Virus record (IMG/VR): IMGVR_UViG_3300009968_000004
Direction: 5' to 3' (one strand)
Source of the DNA: a virus
Length of the DNA: 36,835 nt
Positions 15,451 to 24,842 of this stretch are shown in pieces. Every line of letters begins with the position of its first letter. Positions within the stretch are counted from its first letter, which is position 1. The position numbers and the translations under genes were made by a program. The notes under the pieces are model-generated. The model made no database searches, had not been told where the DNA came from, and saw only the letters and a program-made list of their open reading frames with translations.

Positions 15451-16256
15451 CCGAAAGCACTCAGCACGACAAAGAAGGCTTGCCAGATTATTTAATAGAA
15501 ACCAGTGGCAGGGGCAATTCAGCATTAAAGATATTCATGCAAGATCAAACGTCCTTCCCTCTGTCTGTTCCTTTACTCCAAGAAAGGAACGCCGCAACTC
15601 TAGCTATTGATGCTGTATTGGGTAGTCGAGATGTAACTCTTGTTGTTGGTCACAACGCTATAGTTGGTGATATATTGGAAATAGCACAGATTGCCACTGG
15701 TACGTTTTTGCAATCAGAAATAACCAATGTAAATGTAAATGTTATCACACTAGATCAACCTGTTAACTTTCCATATTTAACTACTGATGCAGTAGTCGTA
15801 TCAAGTAGAGAGATGGGCGTTAATGGCGCGATAACACCTCAAGTATTTTCTATACTTCCTTTACCAACACAAAAAGGCGACATGGTAAGGGTTACTTTTG
15901 AGATTCAAGATGACTCAGACATGGATTTTACAACATTCGGCGGGTCTGCAAAGTTACTTAATGGATGTGTTCTCAGAATAAAAAACGGCGATGGAACGTT
16001 TAGGAATATTTTCAACTTTAAAGGTAATGGAGATATTATAAATCAGTGTTTCGATCATTCCTTTTTACTGCCAAAGCAAGGTGGCTCAATAAGAGGGTTT
16101 ACAGCGAGACTGACATGGGGTGGGCAATCAAAGCATGGTGTGGTAATTCGCTTAGACGGCTCTTTAAGTGAAGAGTTACAAGTCGTAATACAAGATGACT
16201 TATCTGGCTTGACTAGATTTAGAATGATAGCCCAGGGGCATGAGTTACAGGAATAG
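15447..16256 (+). CDS. Hypothetical structural protein (269 aa)
   Basis: Beta-rich sequence in the head-neck region. No motif recognised. Confidence 0.65.
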   Translation: MTESTQHDKEGLPDYLIETSGRGNSALKIFMQDQTSFPLSVPLLQERNAATLAIDAVLGSRDVTLVVGHNAIVGDILEIAQIATGTFLQSEITNVNVNVITLDQPVNFPYLTTDAVVVSSREMGVNGAITPQVFSILPLPTQKGDMVRVTFEIQDDSDMDFTTFGGSAKLLNGCVLRIKNGDGTFRNIFNFKGNGDIINQCFDHSFLLPKQGGSIRGFTARLTWGGQSKHGVVIRLDGSLSEELQVVIQDDLSGLTRFRMIAQGHELQE

Positions 16257-16258
16257 TT

Positions 16259-16741
16259 ATGTTAATAATTGAAGATGGCACACAGGTAGCGAACTCAAAC
16301 AGCTTTGTTACTGATTTAGAATATACGACCTATGCAACGCTTAAGGGTTTAACTATTGGCGTAGATGCAGCAGCAAGGAAAATTGATTTGCTTGCGGGTA
16401 TGGATTATATCCTATCGCAAGAGGATTGCCTGCAAGGTCGCAGAGTATCAAGTACTCAATCGGTAATGTTTCCTCGTGTTGGTGTTTACTTATTTGGTTA
16501 CGCTGTTAACTCTGATGTTATTCATGATTATGTTAAGAATTCACAAATGGAGGCAGCAGCATATAACACTAGCGGCACTCTATTAAGTAATATCGAAACA
16601 ACGAACGTACAACGCGAAAAGGTTGATATTTTAGAGCGAGAATACTTTAAAGGCGGCAAGCGTAGCAATGTCAATTTGCAGCGCGTTAATGCTTACCTTG
16701 AGCCATTACTCGAAGATACTAATAAACTGGTTAGAACATAA
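16259..16741 (+). CDS. Head-tail adaptor (gp6-like / 'DnaT-like' domain)
   Basis: The N-terminus MLIIEDGTQVANSNSFVTDLEYTTYA matches the IxEDGTGxxNANSYvs..ea..Y signature of phage adaptor proteins. Confidence 0.6.
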   Translation: MLIIEDGTQVANSNSFVTDLEYTTYATLKGLTIGVDAAARKIDLLAGMDYILSQEDCLQGRRVSSTQSVMFPRVGVYLFGYAVNSDVIHDYVKNSQMEAAAYNTSGTLLSNIETTNVQREKVDILEREYFKGGKRSNVNLQRVNAYLEPLLEDTNKLVRT

Positions 16742-17094
16742 TGAGCTTAGATTTATCGGAAGTAGCAACAGAGCTAATGAAATCATTAGGAGATGAAGTC
16801 TATATAACTATCACCCGTAAATCAGGCGGTACATTTGACCCTGTTGCTGGTGAAACTACCGGCGAGGTTGCTAATATATTACCCGCTACCGGCGTAGTAA
16901 CTAAGCTAGATAGTCGATTAATTGACGGTACACGAATAAAAGCTAACGATAAAATGATTCTGCTCGACAAGGAAGTCACTCCCGTTTATACGGATTTAAT
17001 CACATTTGCAGGTGTTGATCATACTATCGTTGATATAGATGAGTTGAACCATGCCGGTATTGCCCAGTTATGGAAGGTTATATGTCGTGGCTAA
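16741..17094 (+). CDS. Head closure / head-tail joining protein (putative)
   Basis: 117 aa. The call rests on synteny between the adaptor and the gp10-like protein. Confidence 0.45.
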   Translation: MSLDLSEVATELMKSLGDEVYITITRKSGGTFDPVAGETTGEVANILPATGVVTKLDSRLIDGTRIKANDKMILLDKEVTPVYTDLITFAGVDHTIVDIDELNHAGIAQLWKVICRG

Positions 17095-17533
17095 ATTAGT
17101 AAGTATGAGCAGCCTAAGTGATGAGCTATCAAAAGCCTTAGACAGTACCAGCGTTGAGGTTAAAGCGAGAGCTAACACAGCGTTGCGTGTTGCACTGATA
17201 AAGACTTGGGGTAAAATTATCAGAATGACCCCTGTTGATAGCGGTAGGGCGCGAAGCAATTGGTTTATTGGTTTGAGTGCAGGTAGTGAAGTTAGCGCGG
17301 TAAATCGTAGACGTGGCCCGCAATACATTGATAGGAATTTGCCGCAAGACTTACTGACTAATAAAGTATTTATGTATAACAATTTACCCTACATAGAAAC
17401 ATTAGAGTTCGGTGGTTATGGTGAAGGACCTAAAACAGCGGGTGGATTTTCAACCCAGGCGCCTCAAGGCTTCGTTAGAATATCCTTGCTAGGCTGGGGT
17501 AGAGCATTAAAGAAAGCATTTAAGGTAGCGTAA
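17087..17533 (+). CDS. HK97 gp10-like neck / tail-completion protein
   Basis: Motif TPVDSGRARSNWF (family signature TPVDTGxLRxxW). GGAAGG SD before the GTG at 17087; alternative starts at 17051 and 17105. Confidence 0.65.
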   Translation: MAKLVSMSSLSDELSKALDSTSVEVKARANTALRVALIKTWGKIIRMTPVDSGRARSNWFIGLSAGSEVSAVNRRRGPQYIDRNLPQDLLTNKVFMYNNLPYIETLEFGGYGEGPKTAGGFSTQAPQGFVRISLLGWGRALKKAFKVA

Positions 17534-17541
17534 TGGCATAT

Positions 17542-18201
17542 TTAGGTGGATCTACTCCAGCCTTGGTGGTGTTCGCTTTCTCCGCTACTAACTCTATACA
17601 TATCCCTTATGTTTAGGTTGTTTTTCCTGCTAAACTCAGCAAGATTATAAACTTCAACAGAATCACCATTAGGGCCGATAAACTTATAGTGTTTAGCCGC
17701 CGCCTTTATTGAATTATCTGTCTTGCTTACAAATAGGCAGGTGCTTGGTGAATACACCCTGTTACCATCTATTTTTATATCTTTATCTAAGTGTTGGCCG
17801 TTAATGTAGTTTTCATCAAACCAACAAGCAAAGTTTTGAAAGTTGTGCCACTCATCGCATACGGTGCAGTCGATGTATGAAGGGCGTCTTTCGTGTAGCT
17901 CTATCGAGTAGCACCTCGTTATCATTGCGGACCAAATACTATACGCCTTGGTTTTAATGCCGTTAACTGATGGCTTATAGTTACCCTCGCCAATAAATCC
18001 GACACCGCAAGATGACGGAATGGTTAAGTCTTTTACGCCACCCTTCCTTATGTTATCAGATGTTGCGATTGTGGAGTATTTGGTCTTAATAAACTGAACA
18101 GTAACATTGTTTTTTTTAGCGTAATCGACAATACGTAAATCACCATAGTTGTTAGTTTTGTGTACAGTTCCCGCGATCATGTCTTTTGGTGTGGATTTCA
18201 T
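17542..18201 (-). CDS. Free-standing homing-endonuclease-like / DNA-binding protein
   Basis: Opposite strand inside the neck-tail module. The patterns YGDLRIVDY...VTVQF, GVGFIGEGNY, YSIWSAMITRCY...CTVCDEWHNFQNFACWF and C-terminal F.GPNG....V.NL.EF...NL......V..G...HHQGW occur in phage selfish-gene families. No HNH or GIY-YIG catalytic motif was identified. Confidence 0.5.
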   Translation of the reverse strand: MKSTPKDMIAGTVHKTNNYGDLRIVDYAKKNNVTVQFIKTKYSTIATSDNIRKGGVKDLTIPSSCGVGFIGEGNYKPSVNGIKTKAYSIWSAMITRCYSIELHERRPSYIDCTVCDEWHNFQNFACWFDENYINGQHLDKDIKIDGNRVYSPSTCLFVSKTDNSIKAAAKHYKFIGPNGDSVEVYNLAEFSRKNNLNIRDMYRVSSGESEHHQGWSRST

Positions 18202-18291
18202 AATTACCTCGTAGTAATTGCTCGTAAATGAAGTTTTGCACCAACCAGTTACGAGTTCAGGTATTCAGCCGCTAAGCCTAGGTGCATTACC

Positions 18292-18300
18292 AATATATCA
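18292..18300 (-). promoter_or_regulatory. Candidate promoter for the endonuclease-like gene (TGaTATATT)
   Basis: Extended -10 on the minus strand. The roughly 85-nt leader holds the inverted repeat CTCGTAA / TTACGAG. Confidence 0.3.
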
Positions 18301-18306
18301 CAACTG

Positions 18307-18315
18307 TGTTAGAAT
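18307..18315 (+). promoter_or_regulatory. Candidate restart promoter for the tail genes (TGtTAGAAT)
   Basis: Extended -10-like element about 35 nt upstream of the gene at 18348. Confidence 0.3.
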
Positions 18316-18347
18316 ACTAATATAAAAACATTTATGGTGACTATATA

Positions 18348-18758
18348 ATGAGCTACTTGAGTATTCACAAGGCGTTAACTCAATCAGTTATTGATTTAGC
18401 TCTAGGCTTACCGGTAGCTTATGAGAATAGCGACTTTAACCCTGAAGTAGATGGTGGGGATCATTTTATAAAGATTGATATTTTATACGACGAGCAAAAC
18501 ACTGTTACAAAAACAGGGCTTGATGATGTTGACGGGTTCTTGCAGATAACTAGCAGGGTTAAATCTGGCACTAGTGTAAAAGCTATGTATGATTTAGTTG
18601 ATACGCTCAACGCTGCATATCCTCACGCTAAACAATTCACAGCAGGCACACAGGTTATAAACATTCAAAACATCGCGGTTAATAAGCGGAATAATATCAA
18701 TGGCTGGTATACTACCGATTTCACTATCAATTTCTGGACTGATTTAACGCGAGCTTAA
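18348..18758 (+). CDS. Tail terminator (DUF4128 / gpU-like, putative)
   Basis: The segment LPVAYENSDFNPE...GFLQITSRVKSGT and the position just before the tube gene support the call. Confidence 0.5.
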   Translation: MSYLSIHKALTQSVIDLALGLPVAYENSDFNPEVDGGDHFIKIDILYDEQNTVTKTGLDDVDGFLQITSRVKSGTSVKAMYDLVDTLNAAYPHAKQFTAGTQVINIQNIAVNKRNNINGWYTTDFTINFWTDLTRA

Positions 18759-18803
18759 AACGTGTTAATATTACAATAATTAAACAACTAAAAGGCGTAT
18801 ATT

Positions 18804-19226
18804 ATGTCAGGCGAACTTAACGGCACAGCGATAGTTTTAAACAACACTACTGGAGAGGTTGTTGGACAAGGTGATTTTACTCATACTTTTGGCGGAACTC
18901 CAATCGAGATTGGCAACAAATCAACAGGTGATAATGTCGTGTATCTTGATGGTGAATTAGCCACTAAACAACATATATTTTCTGGTGAACTTACATACAA
19001 TAGCGATGCACAATTCAGAAAGGTTCGCGGCGATGCCTTTACTGGTACGCAAGACACTTACACTTTAACTTATGTAGGCTCTGGTGATGTGACCGATGAG
19101 TCATTTTCTGGTTTGTTTGTGCCTACAGGTCTTAGCGACGCAATACCTATGGGTGCAAAAGTAGCAACCACTCTATCATTTAACTCTAGCGGCGTTGTGA
19201 CCATAGTTGCAGCGGCAGACATTTAA
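18804..19226 (+). CDS. Major tail tube protein
   Basis: 140 aa, beta-rich, strong SD, immediately upstream of the chaperone pair and the tape measure. Confidence 0.65.
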   Translation: MSGELNGTAIVLNNTTGEVVGQGDFTHTFGGTPIEIGNKSTGDNVVYLDGELATKQHIFSGELTYNSDAQFRKVRGDAFTGTQDTYTLTYVGSGDVTDESFSGLFVPTGLSDAIPMGAKVATTLSFNSSGVVTIVAAADI

Positions 19227-19645
19227 TGATTAAGTTATGCTATGAGGAATATAAGTTCAAGATATCCTTGAATGCGTGTAAAGTATTTTATGATCAAACA
19301 GGTTTAGATTTACAAACTGTTTTTATGAAATACATTGCCCATTGCTCAAAGACTAATGAAATGGGGTTAGCTGAAAGGCTGGTTTCATTTTCTGAGTTAT
19401 ACACTAGAGATATTGCATGTAAAGCATTGCACGCTGTAATTGATGCGGGTTCGGATAGTATACCTCTAGCTGAAATTGAGGACGCTACCTATAGAGTTGG
19501 TTGGTTTGAGAACACAAAAGACGATGATATGAGCGAGCCTTGGCCTATGGTCATGCTTGCAACTGCATTGCAAATCAATGACTACTTTTCGGATAATACC
19601 CATATAAAAAAGCCGGATACCTCGGGTGCTTCGAGTCCGAGGTAG
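19226..19645 (+). CDS. Tail assembly chaperone (gpG-like, zero-frame product)
   Basis: Position between the tube and tape-measure genes. Contains a slippery heptamer near its 3' end. Confidence 0.75.
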   Translation: MIKLCYEEYKFKISLNACKVFYDQTGLDLQTVFMKYIAHCSKTNEMGLAERLVSFSELYTRDIACKALHAVIDAGSDSIPLAEIEDATYRVGWFENTKDDDMSEPWPMVMLATALQINDYFSDNTHIKKPDTSGASSPR

Positions 19646-19848
19646 GCCCAGTGCCGTTTGATTATTGGCAATGGTGGCGAATATCAGTTACAGAATTAAA
19701 TATACAGCCAGAGCAAGCATGGAAGCTTGATTTTGTTGAGATACACAAGCTAATAAACACAAAAAGTTCAGTTAGTGATTTGTCTGTAATGCTTAACTAC
19801 AAAAGAATATTAAACGGGGCGTCAAAAAAATGGCTACAAGATCGTTAG
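19226..19848 (+). CDS. Tail assembly chaperone G-T fusion made by a -1 frameshift at 19606..19612
   Basis: After a -1 slip on A_AAA_AAG the frame reads KKAGYLGCFESEVGPVPFDYWQWW..., running straight into the 19651..19848 ORF. That ORF carries a GTA/TAC-like segment (ELNIQPEQAWKLDFVEIHKLI). Confidence 0.7.
19606..19643 (+). promoter_or_regulatory. -1 programmed frameshift signal (slippery A_AAA_AAG plus hairpin)
   Basis: The heptamer is in the X_XXY_YYZ register at 19606..19612. After a 6-nt spacer, ACCTCGG (19619..19625) pairs with CCGAGGT (19637..19643). Confidence 0.7.
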
Positions 19849-21665
19849 TTGTCGAGTTAGACGCTAAAACAAAAAAACTCGACGCCAAGCTCTCTAAAAC
19901 TGGTGATGGCTTTGATGACTTAGGCAGAAAAGCAAAGTCTACAGACTCATCATTTAGAAGCATGTCAGGCGCTGCCGGTTTAGTTGGTAAGGGCGTCTTA
20001 GCTGTTGGCGCTGCCGCAACAACCGCAACAATCACAATGATAGCACTTTCAAAGGCTGTCGGTGAATACTCCAAAGAGATCAAAATAGCGGCTAACCTAT
20101 CAGGTGTAGCGGTTGAAGAGTTGCAATTAATGGCTCATGCAACGGCAACTGTAGGAATAGGTATTGAGCAGCTTGGCGATATATCAAAAGACACGCGAGA
20201 GAAAATAGGCGACTTCCTAAACACAGGCGGTGGCGGCTTCATGGACTTTGTTGACGCTATGAAGCTCACAAAGAAAGAAGCGCGCGAAGTTGCTGTTGAA
20301 TTCTCTAAAATGTCTGGCCCTGCAATACTTCAAGAGATGGTTAGCCGAATGGAAGATGCTAATGTATCAGCCGTTCAAATGTCACACGCTCTTGAGGGCA
20401 TGGCATCAGATACAACAAAATTAATACCTTTACTCGCAGATAGCGGCGCAGAACTTAACAAGCTAAGCGATGCAGCGGCAAGAGTAACAATCCCCCTTAG
20501 CGATGAAGATATAGATTTATTTATCCGTATGGGCACAAGTACGGATATAGCGGCAGCAGCACTTAAAAGTCTTGGCGAGCAAACACTATTAAGTCTTGGC
20601 GAATCATTTATAAAAGCAGCAGAGGCAGCAGCATTCTTTTTTGCAGCGTTAAACGAAGGTACTGAGGCGCAGAAAACAAAACGATTAGCTGATATAGCAG
20701 AAGAAATAGAACAGATTCAAGAAAATTACGAACATCTTGATAACTGGTTTAATAGGGCAATAAGTAGTGAGGCAGGATTTCAGCAGCAACAAGCAGAAGG
20801 TGCAGAAAAAGTTAATGCGCTACTAAAAGAAAGGGCGCAACTGCAAGAGGATTTAGCAAAAAGCAGGTTCGGAATTGGTGAGGACTCAAGCGATGGCGCT
20901 GGTGGTGGAGCCGGTGAAGTCATACCTGGCTCGGTTAAATCAGCTGACGATAATGCAAGCGCAATACAGGCAATAAAAGATAGATTCAAAAGCGAAGAAG
21001 AGTTACTAACTGAGAAATTTGAGCGCGAGCTTGAGATGATTGGCGAAAACAATGAGCTAAAACTACAGTTAGAAAATGAATATGTAGACGCGTTATTTGA
21101 AATTACTGAAGCATCAGATGCTAGGGTTGCAGATGCAGCGGCGAGGGCAGAAAAAAAACGAGTTAAACAGGCAAAAAAGGATAACAAGGACGAGTTAAAA
21201 GACAAAAAAAACATGGAGCTACAAAAGCTAAATAACCAAGAGGCCGCCATAGGGTTAGGTAAGGCTTTAAATGAGTCGTTACTTGGTGATAACAAAGCAG
21301 TCGCAGCAGGTTTGATAATTGCAGATACCGCTGTAGGTATATCGAAGAGCTTATCAATTAGTCCTTACGATTATGTGAATGTAGGTATTATTGCTGCAAC
21401 TGGGGCTTTAAATTTAGCTAACGCATTAGGAGCAAGCAAAGGTGGCGGCTCCATATCAACTGGCGCATCTGGCGGCGGCTCTGGCGCTCCTCCTGTAGCA
21501 TCGCAACCTGATTTCCAGCAAGAAACAACGGGTCTTGAGTTTACTGATTCTGAAGCGGGCGGCTCTCAAACAAATACTATCAACTTCGGCACTGACTCAG
21601 GTGATGATTTAATTGACGCTATAGCCGCAGCACTAAATAAAGCACAAGTAGAAGGGCGCACTTAA
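19830..21665 (+). CDS. Tape measure protein
   Basis: 611 aa, Ala/Glu/Lys-rich and helical with hydrophobic patches and Gly-rich ends. It follows the chaperones. Confidence 0.85.
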   Translation: MATRSLVVELDAKTKKLDAKLSKTGDGFDDLGRKAKSTDSSFRSMSGAAGLVGKGVLAVGAAATTATITMIALSKAVGEYSKEIKIAANLSGVAVEELQLMAHATATVGIGIEQLGDISKDTREKIGDFLNTGGGGFMDFVDAMKLTKKEAREVAVEFSKMSGPAILQEMVSRMEDANVSAVQMSHALEGMASDTTKLIPLLADSGAELNKLSDAAARVTIPLSDEDIDLFIRMGTSTDIAAAALKSLGEQTLLSLGESFIKAAEAAAFFFAALNEGTEAQKTKRLADIAEEIEQIQENYEHLDNWFNRAISSEAGFQQQQAEGAEKVNALLKERAQLQEDLAKSRFGIGEDSSDGAGGGAGEVIPGSVKSADDNASAIQAIKDRFKSEEELLTEKFERELEMIGENNELKLQLENEYVDALFEITEASDARVADAAARAEKKRVKQAKKDNKDELKDKKNMELQKLNNQEAAIGLGKALNESLLGDNKAVAAGLIIADTAVGISKSLSISPYDYVNVGIIAATGALNLANALGASKGGGSISTGASGGGSGAPPVASQPDFQQETTGLEFTDSEAGGSQTNTINFGTDSGDDLIDAIAAALNKAQVEGRT

Positions 21666-22447
21666 TGACAATTATAACTAATGTCGCAAGTCAAACCATT
21701 GCTAACGGGTTATCAATATCTACTAGTAATGTGCTTGTTGATCAAACGCCAGTAATAACTGATACAGGGATAGGAGAGATTGCTGCTAATATATCCGACC
21801 CTGACCACTCGCTTAATTACACCTGCGGCTCTAGTGTTGCAAATTTCACTGTTAGCTATGGCGCACAAACAAATATTAGTTATGTTGGTATTTCAGGCCA
21901 TAACGCAGCAACACCGGCACAAGCAACAATTGAGCTATACAACGATACAACCTTGATCGATAGCGTGGTATTAACTCGCAATCATAATGTTATGTTTACG
22001 TTTCCTGCTCAAGCATTCCAAGACTTGATAGTTAAATTTATTACTGTACCTGTAACTTATCAGGCAACTGTAAGCTTTATAGCGGCAGGGCAGCACTTAA
22101 CCATTGCCACAGGTGAGCAGTCAGGTTACAAGCGTTTATGGCAAAATAGACACACTACACAACGCACAACTACTAATTTACAAGTAGGTCCAATATCAGG
22201 CACAAGAAAAGCAAAAGCGTTAAAAGGCTCTCTTTCATTGCCTAACGAATTAGCTACATTTAGCGAGGGCTTATGGCAAACATTTATAGACTTTAGTTTT
22301 GAGCAGCCTTTTTTTATAAAGGAACAGCAAGATAAGCCACAGTCTACTTACATTTGTTACGATCCAAAGCATGGAGTATCAGCACACCCGCAAACTAGAC
22401 AGTTAAATGCTATCACTTTAAAATTCACAGCTTACAACGGGTTATAG
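21665..22447 (+). CDS. Distal tail / minor tail protein (putative)
   Basis: 260 aa, directly after the tape measure (ATGA-type overlap). Confidence 0.55.
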   Translation: MTIITNVASQTIANGLSISTSNVLVDQTPVITDTGIGEIAANISDPDHSLNYTCGSSVANFTVSYGAQTNISYVGISGHNAATPAQATIELYNDTTLIDSVVLTRNHNVMFTFPAQAFQDLIVKFITVPVTYQATVSFIAAGQHLTIATGEQSGYKRLWQNRHTTQRTTTNLQVGPISGTRKAKALKGSLSLPNELATFSEGLWQTFIDFSFEQPFFIKEQQDKPQSTYICYDPKHGVSAHPQTRQLNAITLKFTAYNGL

Positions 22448-22448
22448 A

Positions 22449-24827
22449 ATGGCATCTTTTGAAGCTACACAAAATATTAGAATGCAAGAGCATTTTGAGG
22501 TACTAGAAATAGACCTTCCTGTGATTACTGGCGCATGTACTATCGGTGGTAACGATGGGTTTGGAACTCCTTTAACTTGTGATCAAGCTTGGACCAATGA
22601 ATGGAAAACTTATAAATTCACTAATGAAAATTGCTCGATTATATTACCAGGTAGCCCTTGGAGGGTTATCAAGTCAATAGCTGAGACTGCTACAGAATTA
22701 AAGCCAGGTGATGGGCTGTCAGGTAGAGGATCATTAAAGATAGTTTTTACTGATAACGAAAAACAAGATCCAAACCCTGACGCACCAGGTGTGACCGCTT
22801 TAGTTAAAAATCAAGGTACTTTCTTTGGCAAGCTATCAGCAAGACAGATATTTGAAAATAAACCTGTACGACTAAAGTTGTATAGAGTGCAAGCTGATGG
22901 CTCTGTTGATTTAGTTAATGGCGCACAAACTCGTCATTATATTGCTGATACACTAACCACAAGCAGTAAAGGCACCTGGTCGCTATCCTGTAAAGATGTC
23001 TTATCACTTGCTAACTTAGGTGAGAAAACATGGCCAATACCAACGCAAAGTTTTTTGCGTCAGGATATTGACGATACAGTTACCTCTATCCCTGTTGATG
23101 GCGATACAGATTACTCGAGTGTTTTTGCTGTAAGGTCAGGCGATGAATTCATGGAAGTTACCGGTGTTACTGATAACTTACTTCCAACTGCTTCTTTAAC
23201 TGTTGCCGCTAGAGGTAGTGATATTTTAGCGCCAGTATCAGGTGAGCTATTAACCAAGACAGCAAAAGACGATCATAGCGCTGGTGATGAAGTGTTTTTA
23301 TGTGAATTATCAGATGATGAAACTATTGATTCGTTATTAACTCGGGTATTAGTTGATTCTGATTTCGATCCACTATTAATACCTGCTGCCGAATGGTCGG
23401 CAGAGGTGGCAGAGTGGCACGCCAATGATAAAATAAACACGTTGCATAGCGAATCAAAGGACGTTAATGAAGTATTAAAAAATATCCTAACAGGCTTTCT
23501 TATGGATTTATGGTTTTCAACTACTGAGAACCTAGCAAAACTATCAGCTATTAGTGTATGGAAACAATCAACAGCTACACTTGTTGAGGGTAAGGAGATT
23601 AACGCCTACACGGTTAATAAAAAGCCTCAAGAGTCGTTAAGAGCTTCAAGAGCGCTTGTTATCTATGATAAAAGAAACCTAACTGACGATGATAGTGTGG
23701 CGAGTTATAAAAAAGGCGCTCAGTTTAGCGATAGCTCTATTATTGGCCCGCAACTATTCTCTAAGCATAAAGATAAGCTATTCGAAAATAATCAATTAAT
23801 AGGCTCTGATGCTGCTGATTTATTAGTACAAAGATATGTTAGCCGGTTTAAGTTTACGCCATTCGTTCGAACCTTTGATACTGACGAGCGACACCTCACC
23901 TTTAAAGCTGGTGACGTTGTTGATATGCGTGCAACTATCGATCAAGCTGCTGACGGCTCAACATCTAGCAACGTTAGGGCGCAAATAACAAAAATAAACC
24001 CTAAATACACTAAAGACGGGCGAATGTATAAAGTTAGCGCTATGACTTACGAGGCAGCTTTTGAGGATGGTACAGAGATAGTTTTAGACTCTCCGTTAAG
24101 TGAATCTAGCTTGTATATACTTGCTGGCGCACCATCGCAAGCGGTAACTATTACCTTTGTGTTAACTGCTTATTCATTTGGGCTTACTGGTTTTCGTGCC
24201 GGTTCATTCCCTGTCGGCTCAAAAATAATATTAATCCTTGCTGATGGTTTTGACGGTCAAGCGCAAGGCGGTAGAGGCGGTAAAGGTGAGGGAATATTCT
24301 ATGAGGCAGAATCAAATATATGGGTCGGTGGATTTTCTAATAATGCCGGTGACGGTGGTATTGTTTACGATGCTCAAAATGTGGATACAGACATTTATTT
24401 TAGCGGTGCAACTCCCTCAGTAGCTTATCCAGTTGCAGACGGATACATTCGCGCCCCTGGCGCTGGTGGTGGTGGTAATACTTCACCTTCAACGGGTACT
24501 GATGATGCTACAGGTTACGGTGGTAATTCAGGTGGTGGTGGTGCTGGTCGTGCTGGTGGTATTGCTCCTTCAGGCGGCGCTGCTGATTCTGATTTACCAT
24601 CACGCCCTGGCGTTATTGGTGGTGCCGCTGCAAACGGTGATATAATCGGCAACGGTGGTGCGACAAACGACATACCTCAAAGTGCACCGGCTGAGGCTGG
24701 TGGTGATTGGGGTCAGGATACAGTAGCAGCATTAGCAGGTAAAGGCGTTGTTGATTCAGGCGCAACAGTAACATTTTTCGGCGATACGCCAACAAGATAC
24801 ATCAACGGCAATGGATCACACCCGTAA
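22449..24827 (+). CDS. Tail tip / hub protein (gpJ/Tal-like) with Gly-rich C-terminal module
   Basis: 792 aa in the third position after the tape measure. The C-terminal 200 aa are rich in GGxGG runs. Confidence 0.65.
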   Translation: MASFEATQNIRMQEHFEVLEIDLPVITGACTIGGNDGFGTPLTCDQAWTNEWKTYKFTNENCSIILPGSPWRVIKSIAETATELKPGDGLSGRGSLKIVFTDNEKQDPNPDAPGVTALVKNQGTFFGKLSARQIFENKPVRLKLYRVQADGSVDLVNGAQTRHYIADTLTTSSKGTWSLSCKDVLSLANLGEKTWPIPTQSFLRQDIDDTVTSIPVDGDTDYSSVFAVRSGDEFMEVTGVTDNLLPTASLTVAARGSDILAPVSGELLTKTAKDDHSAGDEVFLCELSDDETIDSLLTRVLVDSDFDPLLIPAAEWSAEVAEWHANDKINTLHSESKDVNEVLKNILTGFLMDLWFSTTENLAKLSAISVWKQSTATLVEGKEINAYTVNKKPQESLRASRALVIYDKRNLTDDDSVASYKKGAQFSDSSIIGPQLFSKHKDKLFENNQLIGSDAADLLVQRYVSRFKFTPFVRTFDTDERHLTFKAGDVVDMRATIDQAADGSTSSNVRAQITKINPKYTKDGRMYKVSAMTYEAAFEDGTEIVLDSPLSESSLYILAGAPSQAVTITFVLTAYSFGLTGFRAGSFPVGSKIILILADGFDGQAQGGRGGKGEGIFYEAESNIWVGGFSNNAGDGGIVYDAQNVDTDIYFSGATPSVAYPVADGYIRAPGAGGGGNTSPSTGTDDATGYGGNSGGGGAGRAGGIAPSGGAADSDLPSRPGVIGGAAANGDIIGNGGATNDIPQSAPAEAGGDWGQDTVAALAGKGVVDSGATVTFFGDTPTRYINGNGSHP

Positions 24828-24842
24828 CAATAAGGTTTTAAA

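Noticed and set aside
17534-18347. Group I intron or intein context for the endonuclease-like gene
   Set aside because: The flanking genes (gp10-like and tail terminator) are complete, separate ORFs with their own starts and stops. Nothing is split, so the element is free-standing.
19651-19848. Independent 65-aa gene starting at GTG 19651
   Set aside because: It has no SD, and it lies in the -1 frame directly downstream of a slippery heptamer and hairpin. It is better explained as the T portion of the G-T frameshift product.
20780-21295. 171-aa Ser/Ala-rich minus-strand ORF, plus 21163..21357 and 19793..20083, inside the tape-measure gene
   Set aside because: These are antisense shadows of Ala/Glu/Lys-rich coding DNA. 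The translations are low-complexity.
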